DNA of 64,000 nucleotides from Escherichia coli (GTDB lineage Bacteria; Pseudomonadota; Gammaproteobacteria; Enterobacterales; Enterobacteriaceae): NCBI RefSeq assembly GCF_045037415.1, contig NZ_CP173438.1; one strand, 5' to 3'. Shown piece by piece: positions 63,367 to 64,000 of this stretch (position 1 is its first letter; each line of letters starts with the position of its first letter). The notes under the pieces were generated by a model. It saw only the letters and a program-made list of their open reading frames with translations, ran no database searches and was not told where the DNA came from. The position numbers and the translations under genes were made by a program.

Positions 63367-64000
63367 TTACAGTCCCAGCAGGCCGCAAGCGTAACCAGCG
63401 ATACCGATGACGAAGAAGCCAACGATGATCCACAGCGGGTTAACTTTTTTGCGCAACAGCCACATACAAGCAAAGGTCAGCAGCAGTGGTACCAGGCCTG
63501 GCATTAACTGGTCCAGAATAGTCTGGACAGTGGTAACGTGTTCTTTGCCCGTCTGGTCAGTAATGCGAGAACCACCAGCGGGATGTTGACATGTGTCCAC
63601 TTATTAACCAATGCCCCCATGACAAACAGGCCGAGGATAGACGCCCCTTCCGTCAGTTTTTGCAGGAAGCCACCACCCATATCTTTAACGATATCGATAC
63701 CTTTGGAGTAACCATACGCTACGCCGTAGTAACGGGTTGCCAGACGCACCAGGTTAAACAGGATGAAGAACAGCAGCGGACCTAACAGGCTGCCGCTCAT
63801 CGCGATACCAGCCCCCAGCGCTGCAAATACCGGACGTACCGTTCCCCAGAAGATCGGGTCGCCTACACCAGCCAGCGGCCCCATCAAACCGACTTTGATA
63901 CCGTTGATAGCACCGTCATCGATCTCTGCGCCATTAGCACGCTGTTCTTCCAGTGCCAGGGTTACGCCGAGAATCGGCGCAGCCACGAATGGCTGGGTGT
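63367..64000 (-). pseudogene. manZ: Mannose PTS EIID component ManZ, 3' portion, with a 1-bp deletion frameshift; 5' end outside the window
   Basis: ORFs 63504..63986 and 63367..63600 together match recalled ManZ; frame switches after IPLVV (expected ...IPLVVSRITDQTGKEH...), consistent with one A missing from an A run near plus-strand 63568-63572. Confidence 0.8.

Overview
This window is the right arm of a lambdoid prophage (about 1-15240) followed by E. coli core chromosome (yecD to manZ, about 15337-64000). The prophage part carries the tail module (tape measure C-terminus, M, L, K, I, J, lom, stf, tfa) and ends inside a truncated yecE, so the phage is integrated in yecE. The main candidate for an undescribed system sits in the AT-rich cargo region between tfa and the junction: a minus-strand two-gene operon of a small membrane protein and a reverse transcriptase with a YVDD active site, with its own promoter-like sequence and a structured leader. 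Next to it are a frameshifted dinI-like gene with tandem LexA boxes and, between stf and tfa, a macro-domain protein with a tail-fibre-tip-like C-terminus. The host part is syntenic with the E. coli ruvABC-znuABC-zwf/edd/eda-ptrB-prc-htpX-cspC region and contains one IS150 copy with a 3-bp target duplication. Several genes carry apparent inactivating lesions (J with two compensating frameshifts, dinI-like, mntP internal TGA, manZ 1-bp deletion); these could be real mutations or assembly errors. All protein assignments are from reading the translations and recalled family features, not from database searches; hand-derived coordinates may be off by a few bp.
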